Assembly (NCBI GenBank): GCA_964364045.1 | Contig: CAYIKL010000004.1 | Coordinates: 1 to 46,786, forward strand | Source of the DNA: an uncultured Methanosarcinales archaeon | Lineage (GTDB): Archaea; Nanobdellota; Nanobdellia; Woesearchaeales; JAGLXL01 | Length of the DNA stretch: 46,786 bases | Direction: 5' to 3' | Shown here: piece after piece, positions 1-10,204 of the stretch | How the letters are laid out: every line of letters begins with the position of its first letter | Numbering within the stretch: position 1 is the stretch's first letter | Notes under the pieces: generated by a model | Told to the model about the DNA's origin: nothing | The model's database searches: none | Seen by the model: only the letters and a program-made list of their open reading frames with translations | Made by a program: the position numbers and the translations under genes

Positions 1-436
1 CTCCAAGCTTTTCATATTTCTCATCAATCAATTGCATCAGCCGGAGCGCAGTTTTGAGATTTCTGTACTTTTGCTCTATAAACAACATAAGAAATTCCTG
101 TCTCACATGCGGTTTTTTGCCTAAGGATGGATATAACTTCCTGATTTGAAAAATCTTTCTTGCCAGCCCTGTAACAAATGTTGGGCTTGTCATCAGCTGC
201 AACATCAGCTTGTATATGTCGTGCGTTGCAAATGCCATACCTACTATCTCTTTTTTTTCATTCTCAGCAATAAAGCCAAATGAGTTCCCACTTTTAAGGC
301 CATTTATGTACAGCAGCCCAATGTACTTTTCACCCATCTCATAAAGCAACCCTTCCTGCAGCGATTTCATATGCAAGGGCTCGATCTTCTTTATGTCGCT
401 CAGTTCTAATGTCCGGTAGGTAAGCTCTGTCATCAT
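1..436 (-). CDS. GNAT-family N-acetyltransferase (3' end runs off window)
   Basis: Not in the ORF track; translated by hand as MMTELTYRTLELSDIKKIEPLHMKSLQEG...FIAENEKKEIVGMAF...FLMLFIEQKYRNLKTALRLMQ. Open to the window edge, ATGA overlap with the upstream GT2 stop, GNAT-like motif spacing. Confidence 0.7.
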   Translation of the reverse strand, partial: MMTELTYRTLELSDIKKIEPLHMKSLQEGLLYEMGEKYIGLLYINGLKSGNSFGFIAENEKKEIVGMAFATHDIYKLMLQLMTSPTFVTGLARKIFQIRKLYPSLGKKPHVRQEFLMLFIEQKYRNLKTALRLMQLIDEKYEKLG

Positions 437-1137
437 CTCTCCAATCTTGATCGTATTATCCTTTTCATATACACGATTCCCATTTTCCAAAGTGCATGTA
501 CCGTTTCTGCAGTTTTTGATTCCCCTGCTTTTCTGTCCGTAAATGAGTATGGGACCTCATTTATTTTATACCCCTTTCTTCCGGCTCTGTAGAGCAATTC
601 AATACAATATTCGCCGTGAATCGACGGTGCAAGCCTCATCTTTTCCAGAACTTCTTTTCTTGCGGCAACAAATCCCGTGTCGTAGTCTAATACTTTGAAA
701 TTCAAGAAAATGTTTGCAATAAAGTTTATGATACGGCTTGATGCAACCCGGATGAATGGCCTTTGATCTTTTCCACCCTTGGCGTACCTTGATCCGGTTA
801 CAATGTCATAATTTTCCAGATTTTCTATCATTTGAGGGATCACTTCGGGCGGCATTGAAAGATCAGCATCCATCCATATGACATATTTCCCCTTTGCTTC
901 ATCTATTCCCCTCTGGATTGCTCCGACGAGGTTGCGCCCCTTGAGGAGCCTGATCGCTCTTACATCCTTGTAATTTAGCTTCTCAACTACTTCCCATGTC
1001 TTGTCTGGGCTGTCGTCGTCGACAACAATGATCTCCTTCGTGTGGGGAACAGCTGCATCAATCCGCTGAATAAGCGTGCTGATATTTTTTGCCTCGTTGT
1101 ACGTCGGCAATACTATCGATACTTCTGCTTCTTTCAT
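433..1137 (-). CDS. GT2 glycosyltransferase, polyprenol-phosphate glycosyltransferase (DPM1-like)
   Basis: SIVLPTYNEAKNI, IIVVDDDSPDKT, MDADLS (DxD), GSRY..GG, EVPYSFTDRKAGESK. Start moved to the ATG at 1137, which overlaps the upstream stop. Confidence 0.9.
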   Translation of the reverse strand: MKEAEVSIVLPTYNEAKNISTLIQRIDAAVPHTKEIIVVDDDSPDKTWEVVEKLNYKDVRAIRLLKGRNLVGAIQRGIDEAKGKYVIWMDADLSMPPEVIPQMIENLENYDIVTGSRYAKGGKDQRPFIRVASSRIINFIANIFLNFKVLDYDTGFVAARKEVLEKMRLAPSIHGEYCIELLYRAGRKGYKINEVPYSFTDRKAGESKTAETVHALWKMGIVYMKRIIRSRLER

Positions 1138-2237
1138 GGTGCGAGTGTTTCCGCTATCCTTTTTATTTGTTGCTCTGTCAGATGGCTGCTTGAAGGCAGG
1201 TAGAGGCCCTTTTCCCATAGCTCTTCAGCGATGGGAAATCTGCCATTTGTGTTCGGGAAGCGCTCATCATTTTTTGCGTAGAGGGGCTGCTGGTGCATGG
1301 GCAGGAAGAAGGAGCGCGTATCAATCCCATTCTTCTTCAATTTTTCACGGAGCTGTGCTGCGGTCACCCTAAATCCTGCTTCTATCAGAATCCCGTACAT
1401 CCAGTATACATTCTTTGCCCACGCTTTTTCCGGTGGCAGCGTGATGCCTGGAATGTCTTTCAGCAGGGAGTTATACAGGTTCGCGTTCTTGATCCTGCGC
1501 TGGACGAGCGTGTCTGCGTATTCCATCTGTGCAACACCGATCGCTGCCTGGATATTTGTCATACGGTAGTTAAAACCCAATTCTTCATGCCGGAATCGCG
1601 GTTCGCTAAACGCATGATTGCGCAACAGACGTGCGCGTTCTGCAAACTCGTCATTATCTGTTACGATCATGCCTCCCTCGCCTGTCGTTATTATTTTATT
1701 TGCATAAAAGCTGAAGCAGCCCATGTGGCCAAGGCTGCCTGCGCGCCTTCCTTTGTATTCAGCGCCGTGGGCCTCGGCAGCGTCTTCAATCACCAATAGG
1801 TTATGTCTTTCTGCGAGCTCCATTAATGGATCCATGTCCACCGGATGGCCATAGGTATGCATAGGAATGATTGCCTTTGTTTTTTCTGTAATTTTTTCCT
1901 TAATTTTCCCACAATTAATGTTCCAGGTCTCCTTTTCTGCATCAACAAGAACTGGTTTTGCTCCTGAGTAAATCACTGCATTTGCGGTGGCAATCATCGT
2001 GAAGGTTGGAATGATCACCTCATCGCCTTTTCCGATACCTGCAACCTCGAGCGCAAGATGAAGCGCGGTTGTGCCATTCGAGCATGCAACGCCGTGCTTT
2101 GTCTGGCAGAATTTTGAAAATTCTTTTTCAAACTGATCAATATATTTACCTGCAGAAGATATCCAGCCACTCTCAATACAGTCCTGGACATATTTTTCTT
2201 CATTTCCTTCAAGTGTCGGCTCACAAACGGGAATCAT
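1134..2237 (-). CDS. per: DegT/DnrJ/EryC1/StrS aminotransferase, GDP-perosamine synthase-like
   Basis: MIPVCEP, GWISSAG, SNGTTALHLAL, IEDAAEAHGA, FSFYANKIITTGEGGM (PLP Lys), GFNYRMTNIQAAIG. Lies directly downstream of gmd. Confidence 0.88.
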   Translation of the reverse strand: MIPVCEPTLEGNEEKYVQDCIESGWISSAGKYIDQFEKEFSKFCQTKHGVACSNGTTALHLALEVAGIGKGDEVIIPTFTMIATANAVIYSGAKPVLVDAEKETWNINCGKIKEKITEKTKAIIPMHTYGHPVDMDPLMELAERHNLLVIEDAAEAHGAEYKGRRAGSLGHMGCFSFYANKIITTGEGGMIVTDNDEFAERARLLRNHAFSEPRFRHEELGFNYRMTNIQAAIGVAQMEYADTLVQRRIKNANLYNSLLKDIPGITLPPEKAWAKNVYWMYGILIEAGFRVTAAQLREKLKKNGIDTRSFFLPMHQQPLYAKNDERFPNTNGRFPIAEELWEKGLYLPSSSHLTEQQIKRIAETLAP

Positions 2238-2238
2238 A

Positions 2239-3297
2239 TTAGTTGTCAAGCTTGTACTCCGCTGAGAGCATTGTGTCCCATCCTGCGTCAATTGGCGCGT
2301 CCCAGGCAAAGCGTTCGCCTTTTTGGTAGCGATGCCATTTGTCAAGATCGGCCTGCACCATGATCTTCACGAGCTCTTTAAACGTTACTTTTGGCTTCCA
2401 CCCAAGCTTTTTTTTCGCCATGCCAGGGTCGCCAATGAGAATATCAACTTCGGCAGGGCGGAGAAGCTTTGGATCAACCTTTACATGTTTTTCATAATCT
2501 AACCCGGCCTCCTGAAATGCGAGTTCCGCAAACTCACGCACGGTGTGCGTCTCACCTGTCGCAATGACAAAATCTTCCGGTATGTCCTGCTGCAGCATCA
2601 GCCACTGCGCCTCCACAAAATCCGGCGCATATCCCCAGTCACGTTTTGCGTCAAGGTTGCCTAAAAAAAGTTCTTTTTGCAGACCAAACTTTATCTTGGC
2701 AACTGCATTTGTAATTTTTCTTGTGACAAATTCTAAGCCGCGCAATGGTGATTCATGGTTAAATAAAATCCCACTGCATGCAAACAGTTTGTATGCCTCT
2801 CGGTAGTTAATCGTTATCCAGTGTGCATATAATTTCGCTGCCGCGTAGGGCGAGCGTGGATAAAATGGTGTCTTTTCATTCTGTGGAATCTGCTGGACCA
2901 TGCCGAACATTTCACTGCTTGATGCCTGATAGAATTTTGAGTTTGGTGAAATGGCTTTTATCGTATCGATGAGGCGGGTAACGCCTAATCCGGTAATCTC
3001 GCCGGTGGAAATTGGCTGTTCAAATGATGCGCCTACAAAGCTTTGGGCAGCTAGGTTGTAAATCTCATGGGGCGTGGTTTGCTTAATCACCGAAATCATC
3101 GAGCTTTGGTCATGAAGATCAAAAGAAACCAGCTTGATCTTCTCCATGATGCCTAAAGATCGCAATCTCCAAAAATTAGGTGTGCTTAATCTTCTGTATG
3201 TGCCATAGACCTGATAGCCCTTGTCCAGCAGAAACTTCGCTAGATATGCTCCATCCTGTCCTGTAACACCCGTAATAAGTGCGGTTTTGATATGCAT
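2239..3297 (-). CDS. gmd: GDP-mannose 4,6-dehydratase
   Basis: [73 protein letters not shown]. Confidence 0.97.
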   Translation of the reverse strand: MHIKTALITGVTGQDGAYLAKFLLDKGYQVYGTYRRLSTPNFWRLRSLGIMEKIKLVSFDLHDQSSMISVIKQTTPHEIYNLAAQSFVGASFEQPISTGEITGLGVTRLIDTIKAISPNSKFYQASSSEMFGMVQQIPQNEKTPFYPRSPYAAAKLYAHWITINYREAYKLFACSGILFNHESPLRGLEFVTRKITNAVAKIKFGLQKELFLGNLDAKRDWGYAPDFVEAQWLMLQQDIPEDFVIATGETHTVREFAELAFQEAGLDYEKHVKVDPKLLRPAEVDILIGDPGMAKKKLGWKPKVTFKELVKIMVQADLDKWHRYQKGERFAWDAPIDAGWDTMLSAEYKLDN

Positions 3298-3327
3298 CCC
3301 CTCCGAATAAGCTGTGGCTGGGGTTGC

Positions 3328-3413
3328 TTTAAATATGTTTTGGGGGTTTTAGGCTGTTTCGGCAACCAGCTGCTCTGGATGAAGGCCAGGTTTCGGCATA
3401 ACTTTTATAAATA
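3328..3413. promoter_or_regulatory. Divergent archaeal-type promoters (TATA boxes) for gmd and GT2
   Basis: TTTAAATA at 3328-3335 (about 30 nt before gmd on the - strand) and TTTTATAAATA at 3403-3413 (before 3452). Confidence 0.6.
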
Positions 3414-3451
3414 GCTCCGTATGGGCCACCTGATGAGGGATAGGCTGCACA

Positions 3452-4324
3452 ATGAATATCATAGTTACTATCCCGGCGTTTAACGAAGAGAGAACGATTG
3501 GCAGAGTCATTGATGAGATAGTTGGGGCGTTAGCTGGCTATCACTCTCAAATTCTTGTTCTTAATGATGGGAGTATGGATAGGACGGTCGATGTTGCCAA
3601 AGCGCATGGGGCGATTGTTTTCTCCCATAAGAGAAACAAAGGGCTTGCACAGACGTTTCGAGAGGAAATGAAACAATGCTTACGTCTAGGAGCAGATGCT
3701 ATTGTGCATACGGATGCTGATGGGCAGTATTTTGCAGAAGATATCCCACGGCTGCTGAAAAAGATTGAAGAGGGATATGACCTCGTGCTCGGAAGCAGGT
3801 TTCACGGGGGCAATCGTCATGTCCCAATGCTGAAACGCTTTGGAAACTGGGCGTTTGCAGTTGTGTTGAGCCAATTGACTCATATAAAACTCACCGATAC
3901 GACAACTGGTTTCCGTGCATTTACACGTGAGATTGCTCAAGAGATTTCGTACATCAATACATTCACATATACGCAGGAACAGATCATCAAGGCGGCGAAG
4001 CAGCAATTTCGGGTGACCGAAATCGGAATACGCACACGCAGGACACGGGAAAGCAGGCTGTTTAAAAGTCCGTTGCAATATGCGATAAAAGCATGGGTCA
4101 ACATCCTAAGGATATACCGTGATTATGAGCCGCTGAGCTTCTTTCTTCGCATTGGGGGGCTTTTCCTGTCTTTGGGCTTTCTTGTTGGTCTCTTTTTATT
4201 CTATCAGTTTGTTACGCCGGGCTCTGTTATAAAAGTGCCAATTACCATTCTGTGCATGCTCCTTATTCTCATTGGCATCCAAATCGTTTTATTCGGATTT
4301 CTTGCAGATATGATGAGGAGATAA
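3452..4324 (+). CDS. GT2 glycosyltransferase with two C-terminal TM helices
   Basis: IPAFNEERTI, NDGSMDRT, HTDADGQY, DLVLGSRF, DTTTGFRAF, hydrophobic C-terminus ending LFGFLADM. Confidence 0.92.
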   Translation: MNIIVTIPAFNEERTIGRVIDEIVGALAGYHSQILVLNDGSMDRTVDVAKAHGAIVFSHKRNKGLAQTFREEMKQCLRLGADAIVHTDADGQYFAEDIPRLLKKIEEGYDLVLGSRFHGGNRHVPMLKRFGNWAFAVVLSQLTHIKLTDTTTGFRAFTREIAQEISYINTFTYTQEQIIKAAKQQFRVTEIGIRTRRTRESRLFKSPLQYAIKAWVNILRIYRDYEPLSFFLRIGGLFLSLGFLVGLFLFYQFVTPGSVIKVPITILCMLLILIGIQIVLFGFLADMMRR

Positions 4325-4333
4325 TCTGCGTTG

Positions 4334-5797
4334 TCACTCGGCGAGTGGCTCGTTCATTCCAACAGCAGCAAGCATTTTCCTTATTCGTACCTTGTCATCA
4401 CTGTTAATCTCTCGAAGAGTGTATAGTATTAGGAGATAGAACATTAAAAGAAATACGTAAAAAGGCAACAGCAGGATTCCCGATACCGGAAGCAGCAGCG
4501 CAATGGTAAAAATCACCGCGCTCGCGCCTGTGATACGCAGAACTGACTTTGCTCTCGTCAATGTTCTAAATCTAAAAAAAACGTATACGGCTCCGCAGAC
4601 AAGTCCAGCGAGTGATGCAATTGCAGATCCTATTGCAGCCCCTTGTATCCCATATTGTGGAATGAGGACATATGATGTGGCAATCAACGTAATCAGCGCG
4701 GCAAGTGAAAAACTTGCTGCATACATAGGTTTGCCTTCTCCTGTGATGATTGCCACAAGTACCAACAAAATAACGAGAAACAGTGTCCCAAACATAAGAA
4801 TGCTCAGCGCATCGCCAGCAGCTGCATACCGTGAGGAGTACAACAATATCACCAGCTCTGTTGCTGTCGCTGAAACAATCGCTGTTATCGGCAGGAGACA
4901 CATGAGCAAGTACCGTAGTGATTCTGAAATGTATCTCCTGGTCAGGGTGATGTTGCCGTTGCTCACTGATTCTGATATCGCCGGCAATATTGTTATAGAA
5001 AGAGCGCCAAATATAATATGTGTCACATCTGAAATTGCCACAGCTGCTGTGTAAAATCCGGCCGCGGCATTATCTCCAAGAATTGATTTTATCATCAACA
5101 CATTGACATTGCGGACCATTATCCAGGTAAATGACAATATCACAATTGGAATGCAAAAAAGAATAATCTTCTTTTTTTGATAATCACCACGCCAGTCTAT
5201 TTTTACTCCAAATTTTGATACAGAGACGATGAGTGCTATTACAATCGCAAGAAAATATCCGAGCAATACTCCAAATATCTCGAGGCCAAGCATTACAAAG
5301 AGAAAAACAAAGACAACACGCAAAAATAAATGGAGTATTTTCGCAAGAGCCTCGCTCTTGAACTGCCGCAGCCCGTTCAAGTATCCGTCAAAGTAAAGAA
5401 ATAACATCGCGAGAGGAATAACCATCACCCCGATGAATGCAATGTTGTTTGATAACGTAGCGTCATTTAACATTCCTGCTATCTCATCTGCGAATACAAT
5501 GAATATGACGGAAAGCGCCACTGCGAGCGCTAGCTGAAGCTTGGTTGATAACCCTGCAATGGCAGCAGTATTCTCCCTTGATTCAGCGATATACTTTGCG
5601 GTCGCCTTGGGAATACCTGATCCAAGAAACCCTCTATTGATTAGAAACAACGAGATGAGTACTCCGAAGATTCCGTATATGCCTGGCTCGAGCCAACGGG
5701 CAAGACCGATATGGATCAAATAATTTGCGATTAGATTTGCAACACTTGCAACCATAAGATAGATTGTTCCGATGCCAATCCCATCTTTGCCCTTCAC
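4334..5797 (-). CDS. Wzx/MATE-like oligosaccharide flippase
   Basis: 487 aa with about 12-14 TM segments; LARWLEPGIYG, AGFYTAA, LIPQYGIQGAAI. Confidence 0.9.
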   Translation of the reverse strand: MKGKDGIGIGTIYLMVASVANLIANYLIHIGLARWLEPGIYGIFGVLISLFLINRGFLGSGIPKATAKYIAESRENTAAIAGLSTKLQLALAVALSVIFIVFADEIAGMLNDATLSNNIAFIGVMVIPLAMLFLYFDGYLNGLRQFKSEALAKILHLFLRVVFVFLFVMLGLEIFGVLLGYFLAIVIALIVSVSKFGVKIDWRGDYQKKKIILFCIPIVILSFTWIMVRNVNVLMIKSILGDNAAAGFYTAAVAISDVTHIIFGALSITILPAISESVSNGNITLTRRYISESLRYLLMCLLPITAIVSATATELVILLYSSRYAAAGDALSILMFGTLFLVILLVLVAIITGEGKPMYAASFSLAALITLIATSYVLIPQYGIQGAAIGSAIASLAGLVCGAVYVFFRFRTLTRAKSVLRITGASAVIFTIALLLPVSGILLLPFYVFLLMFYLLILYTLREINSDDKVRIRKMLAAVGMNEPLAE

Positions 5798-6645
5798 ACC
5801 AAGCCTCTTTCAAAAATAAATGTGCTCACGTAGTAATCTCGCGTGCGCAGAAACATGTTGTAAAAGAATCTATGCGGAGATCTTGCTGCCGCCATAAATT
5901 TTGCTTTTCGTGATGCACCGAGCCAGTTCTCTTTCAGTCCGCCCAATGATTGGGAGAGGAGTGCAGATACACGATTGTTGTCTTTTATTCCGCTACGCTG
6001 GATGTCGTAGGGCAAAAAGAGCTTCCAGTTGTAGCCATACTTGGTGAATAAATCGGTTACTGCCTTATCTGATGGAAGCCGTGTGTGAAAGGGTGCATGA
6101 ATTGTGTATGCCTGGTAGGGATTTGACGGATTTAATTTCGGAATGCGTGTTGATGATGGGTGTATAGTGATGACGAGCGATCCCGGTTTTGTTACGCTGT
6201 TCAGATGCTCAAAGAATTTGGCGTAATCACTGATGTGCTCAAACGCATGCGTTAAGTATACGACATCATATTTCTTTCCGTTATACAAGACTGCATACTT
6301 TTCGTTGAACGGCTCATAGCCGTCGGTATTCGGAAACTGTGTGCGGAGTTTTAAAAACAACGCTCCATTGCCGCAGCCATAGTCGAGCAACGCGCTGTTT
6401 TCCTTCACACCCTGCTTTTTCAAGAAGCGCACAAATCGCCTCACTTTTATGTTGGAAATCCCCGAGCCGGTTGCATAATCCGTGTAATCCGGTTTCTCTT
6501 CCGTGCGGTTAATCAATGAGTAGCATGAACAGCAGCGCGAATACATATAGGTGTTGTCTTTAGTCTTTACTGTCGTTCCCGAGAATATTGTCTCCTCAAC
6601 CAAAAGTGTTTCATTGCAAAATGCACATGCCTTAACGTTTCTCAT
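5794..6645 (-). CDS. Class I SAM-dependent methyltransferase with N-terminal Cys cluster
   Basis: CAFC...CCSC, LLDYGCGNG, YDVVYLTHAFEHI, KPGS. Likely start is the ATG at 6645. Confidence 0.8.
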   Translation of the reverse strand: MRNVKACAFCNETLLVEETIFSGTTVKTKDNTYMYSRCCSCYSLINRTEEKPDYTDYATGSGISNIKVRRFVRFLKKQGVKENSALLDYGCGNGALFLKLRTQFPNTDGYEPFNEKYAVLYNGKKYDVVYLTHAFEHISDYAKFFEHLNSVTKPGSLVITIHPSSTRIPKLNPSNPYQAYTIHAPFHTRLPSDKAVTDLFTKYGYNWKLFLPYDIQRSGIKDNNRVSALLSQSLGGLKENWLGASRKAKFMAAARSPHRFFYNMFLRTRDYYVSTFIFERGLV

Positions 6646-7402
6646 TGATTTCCCCCACGACAATTGCGTTCGCGCGAAAGTGATCGTGCTTCACCTTCAT
6701 CGCATCACCCTTCGTTGTCTCTTTCCATCGGTTGAGTATGCTGCGTTTGTAGTAGTGCTCTTCTGTAAATCCGAGCCTGTTTTCGTTCAGTAATTTATCT
6801 ACGCTCTTGTTGTATTTCAATGGCAGGGTGACAAGCATCTTTCCTCCATTACTTAAGCATTTCTTCAGATTTCGTATCGCTTTGAGTGTGCCATCTGGAT
6901 CCTTCACGTCATCGTCATACCCTACGTGCTCCAGTGTTGATATGCTCACGATGAGATCGTATTTCTCATTCGGGCTGAAGTTGAGAACGTCAGTGTTTGT
7001 AATCCCCATACCTTTTTCAAACTTGTCAATCACCTCTTTTTTAATTGAGGGGTAATAATGCGGCAATACCGCGCCTACTTCCAGTATACGTTCTCCATTT
7101 GAGTTTTTTATATAATCAACAGCGATGGGAATTTCAATGGCTCTTTCATTTGTCCAGGTAAGGCTTTTTTTATGCAAAAAATAGGGAAGTTTTTTCCCTT
7201 TGTATGTGAATCTGCCTTGTAAGAGTGGGATGGCAAGCGGTGTTATTGCTGTCAGCGTCCTTCTCTTGATATACTGCATGAAGCGATAGCAGAATATCAA
7301 GGCACCTTCCCGTCGTATGACTTTCAGCCCTTTAGTTATGCGGTTGTCATCCATCTCTCTATACTTATTTACTGGCATCTCTCCATATCTTTGTAGGGTC
7401 AT
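6632..7402 (-). CDS. SAM methyltransferase-like protein (DUF268-like)
   Basis: ERAIEIP, ILEVGA, YDLIVSISTLEHVG, LSNGGKMLVTLP. Confidence 0.7.
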   Translation of the reverse strand: MTLQRYGEMPVNKYREMDDNRITKGLKVIRREGALIFCYRFMQYIKRRTLTAITPLAIPLLQGRFTYKGKKLPYFLHKKSLTWTNERAIEIPIAVDYIKNSNGERILEVGAVLPHYYPSIKKEVIDKFEKGMGITNTDVLNFSPNEKYDLIVSISTLEHVGYDDDVKDPDGTLKAIRNLKKCLSNGGKMLVTLPLKYNKSVDKLLNENRLGFTEEHYYKRSILNRWKETTKGDAMKVKHDHFRANAIVVGEINEKR

Positions 7403-7575
7403 TCTTTGGTGACTTTTTCATGGATTTTATTTAAATGTTGTTGTTTTGGGCTCATTTGTGTCTGTTGTGCTCCCCTAACATTCTCGTTCCATTCCTTTCC
7501 ATATAGCATCTATTTTCTTCTTCAGTAACATTTAAATAGGAGTAATTGTTAGGTAACAATCGTTAAGAGGCACAA

Positions 7576-8991
7576 ATGACAAAAGAGGAATTGGTTCAAC
7601 TGACTGAAGTGGATGTTTTATTTGTATGTCCACCGTTCCATGACTGCAAGAGCGAATACCCCCCATTGGGCATCGCCCAGATGGCGGCGGTTCTAGAACA
7701 GAGTAAGATTGGTGTTCAGATTCTGGATTTGGGGGTTTATAACTGGGATGATTGGAAGCAACACGTATCAGAATTGCTTGATCGAGTTCACCCACGCTGG
7801 GTAGGTATCTCTGCCCTTACCTCGCAGATTATAATCTCCTGTGATATTGCAAAATATGTTAAAGAAAGGTATCCGGATACAAAGGTCGTGCTCGGCGGCT
7901 CGCATCCAACAGTGTGTCCAACGACAGTATTGTCAAACCCCTATGTTGATTATGTCATCCGGGGGGAAGGGGAGTACATTTTCCAGGACTTGTTTCAGGG
8001 GAAGGAGCTTGCAGCCATTGATGGTCTTTCATACAAGCACAATGGACGGTATATTCATAATAAACAGCGCCAACTCATAGATAAATTGGATGATATGCCT
8101 TTTCCTGCAAGACACCTGTTTGACTTGAAAAAATATACCTGGTATCCGGAAATGAGCCTGATTTCATCGCGTGGGTGCCCTTTCGGTTGTTATTTTTGCT
8201 ATAAGGGCTTATTTGGGCCGAAATATAGAGTGCGATCCCCTCAAAATATCATCGATGAAATGGTTACTCTGAACAAACAATATGGAGCAACTCAGTTCTA
8301 TTTTTATGACGATTTATTTACCATCGATAAACAACGAGTGTTGGACTTTTGTAAACTCCTGCAGGAACAGAAGTTGGATTTTAAGTGGAGATGCTGTTCT
8401 CGGATAGACACCTTAGATAAAGAGCGTATTGATGCAATGGCGGCGGCAGGGTGCAACAGGCTCCATTTTGGAATAGAAGCAGGTGATCCAGTGATTCTTA
8501 AAAAAGTGAAGGGGCTTCACATAGAGAAAATCCGGGAAATTGTGAAGATGGTGCGTGAAGCTGGCATCGCTATCAAATGTTATTATATGATCGGTCATCC
8601 TTGGGACACCAGAGAGACCATAGAAAGCACGATACAGCTTGCACGTGAACTTGGCTCTGCAGATGCCCAATTTTCGATTGCAACGCCATTGCCCTCAACA
8701 GGTTTATGGGATGAGGCAGAGCGGCTTGGTGTCATCAATGAACGAAGTAATGTTGACTGGAGCAAGCTTTTTGTTCGCGGAGACACGCTAAAAAGACCGG
8801 TGATGAGGACAAAGACGGTATCCTCAGAAGATTTACTGAAATATTATAAGAAGGCAGTGCGGCGAGTCTATCTTGATAAGATGCTTTATACTTTGAAACG
8901 GCCGAAGGAGTTTATGCGAATCATCAGGGAACGCGGGATTGTGTTGCCTGTATGGGCATTCTATAGAAAGGTTATTCAGATTTCGGTTTAG
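7576..8991 (+). CDS. Cobalamin-binding radical SAM protein (class B methylase-like)
   Basis: PPLGIAQMAA, VVLGGSHPT, VIRGEGE, SRGCPFGCYFC (CxxxCxxC), FYDDLF, FGIEAG, YMIGHPWDT. Confidence 0.93.
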   Translation: MTKEELVQLTEVDVLFVCPPFHDCKSEYPPLGIAQMAAVLEQSKIGVQILDLGVYNWDDWKQHVSELLDRVHPRWVGISALTSQIIISCDIAKYVKERYPDTKVVLGGSHPTVCPTTVLSNPYVDYVIRGEGEYIFQDLFQGKELAAIDGLSYKHNGRYIHNKQRQLIDKLDDMPFPARHLFDLKKYTWYPEMSLISSRGCPFGCYFCYKGLFGPKYRVRSPQNIIDEMVTLNKQYGATQFYFYDDLFTIDKQRVLDFCKLLQEQKLDFKWRCCSRIDTLDKERIDAMAAAGCNRLHFGIEAGDPVILKKVKGLHIEKIREIVKMVREAGIAIKCYYMIGHPWDTRETIESTIQLARELGSADAQFSIATPLPSTGLWDEAERLGVINERSNVDWSKLFVRGDTLKRPVMRTKTVSSEDLLKYYKKAVRRVYLDKMLYTLKRPKEFMRIIRERGIVLPVWAFYRKVIQISV

Positions 8992-9008
8992 GTTATTCTT
9001 GGTTAGTC

Positions 9009-10196
9009 TTAATTCCCATTCCCCATTGCAACTTTCACTTTCTCCTCTTTTTTCAGGCTCACTTTTCCCGTCTCGCCTTTCACAAATCTTTCCAGCAGCT
9101 CCTTCGCAACAGAGTCAGGAATCTGCCGCGGCGGATGCTTGAAGAAATAAAACGATGCTTCCTCGATTGCTCCGCCTAATTTTCTGTCCATTGCTATCCG
9201 TGCGCACCTAATCGCGTCTGCGGCAATGCCTGCAGAGTCAGGCGAGTCTTCAACGGTCAAATCAATCCTGTATTTGCATGGAATACCGCCCCACATGTCG
9301 CCGTCAAGCGTGATAATCGCAGTTTTCTCGTCTTTCTGGCCGTTTCGCCAGCCATGACCCTTTTTGCCGGTCATGCCTTCGCCTTCGCCAGGACCAAAAT
9401 AGGATTCCTGCTCGAGCTTTCTGCCACCCAACAACCCTTCGACTGATTCCTGCTTGCTTGCCAGCTTGTGCTTCAATCGGTGTTCAGCAGTCATGTTGAG
9501 GAAGTCAGTGTTGCCCCCCTGATTGTATTGGGAAGTATACTTTATCCTGATGCCGCGGTCAATCGCTGCCTGGATCAGCATCCGGTGGCAATAGGTTGCA
9601 CCAAGCTGTGCCTTGATATCATCGCCAACTACCGGTAGACCTGCTTTCCTAAACTTTTCCGACCATTCTTTGTTTGATGCAATAAAGCTTGGGATGCAGT
9701 TGACAAATGCACAGCCCGTGTCGATGGCAGCCTGCGCGTAAAAGCGTGTGGCTTCTTCAGAGCCAACGGGAAGATAGCTGACGACAATCTGAGTATTGTG
9801 CTGCTTCAGCTTTTGCACGACATTGACCGGATCGAGTGGTGCTGGTAAAAATGTCTGCTCCTCATTCGTATGCTCAAGCATATGCGGTGAAACGCCGTCG
9901 AGCAATGGTCCCATGTACACAGGCGCATTTAAGTGCGGAACACTTGAAATCTTTTTTGTGCAGTTTGGGAATTCAAATATGGCCTCAGACATGTCTTTTC
10001 CGACTTTGCGCATGTCAATGTCAAACCCGACAACAGGTTTGATATCGGTTACCTTATACCCACCAAGATCAACATGCATCAAGCCTACATCGGAACCAGT
10101 CTTCTTATAATATTCCAGTCCCTGAACAAGGCTGCTTGCGCAGTTGCCAACGCCAACTATTGCAATCCTTATTTCAGATTTATTTGCCTGATTCAT
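9009..10196 (-). CDS. ino1: myo-inositol-1-phosphate synthase
   Basis: IAIVGVGNCASSLVQG, YLPVGSEEATRFYA, VGDDIKAQLGAT, GGNTDFLNM, DSPDSAG, FFKHPP. Confidence 0.95.
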   Translation of the reverse strand: MNQANKSEIRIAIVGVGNCASSLVQGLEYYKKTGSDVGLMHVDLGGYKVTDIKPVVGFDIDMRKVGKDMSEAIFEFPNCTKKISSVPHLNAPVYMGPLLDGVSPHMLEHTNEEQTFLPAPLDPVNVVQKLKQHNTQIVVSYLPVGSEEATRFYAQAAIDTGCAFVNCIPSFIASNKEWSEKFRKAGLPVVGDDIKAQLGATYCHRMLIQAAIDRGIRIKYTSQYNQGGNTDFLNMTAEHRLKHKLASKQESVEGLLGGRKLEQESYFGPGEGEGMTGKKGHGWRNGQKDEKTAIITLDGDMWGGIPCKYRIDLTVEDSPDSAGIAADAIRCARIAMDRKLGGAIEEASFYFFKHPPRQIPDSVAKELLERFVKGETGKVSLKKEEKVKVAMGNGN

Positions 10197-10204
10197 AAAC
10201 ACCT

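Noticed and set aside
250-2415. Poly-T/A runs of 8-9 nt (about 250-258 and 2408-2415) as phase-variation tracts
   Set aside because: They are in frame, encode Lys/Glu-rich stretches and do not break the ORFs. No long G/C tracts were seen.
3430-3437. CTGATGAG hammerhead-ribozyme-like core
   Set aside because: There is no downstream stem II or GAAA on the same strand; the nearby CGAAAC copies are on the opposite strand.
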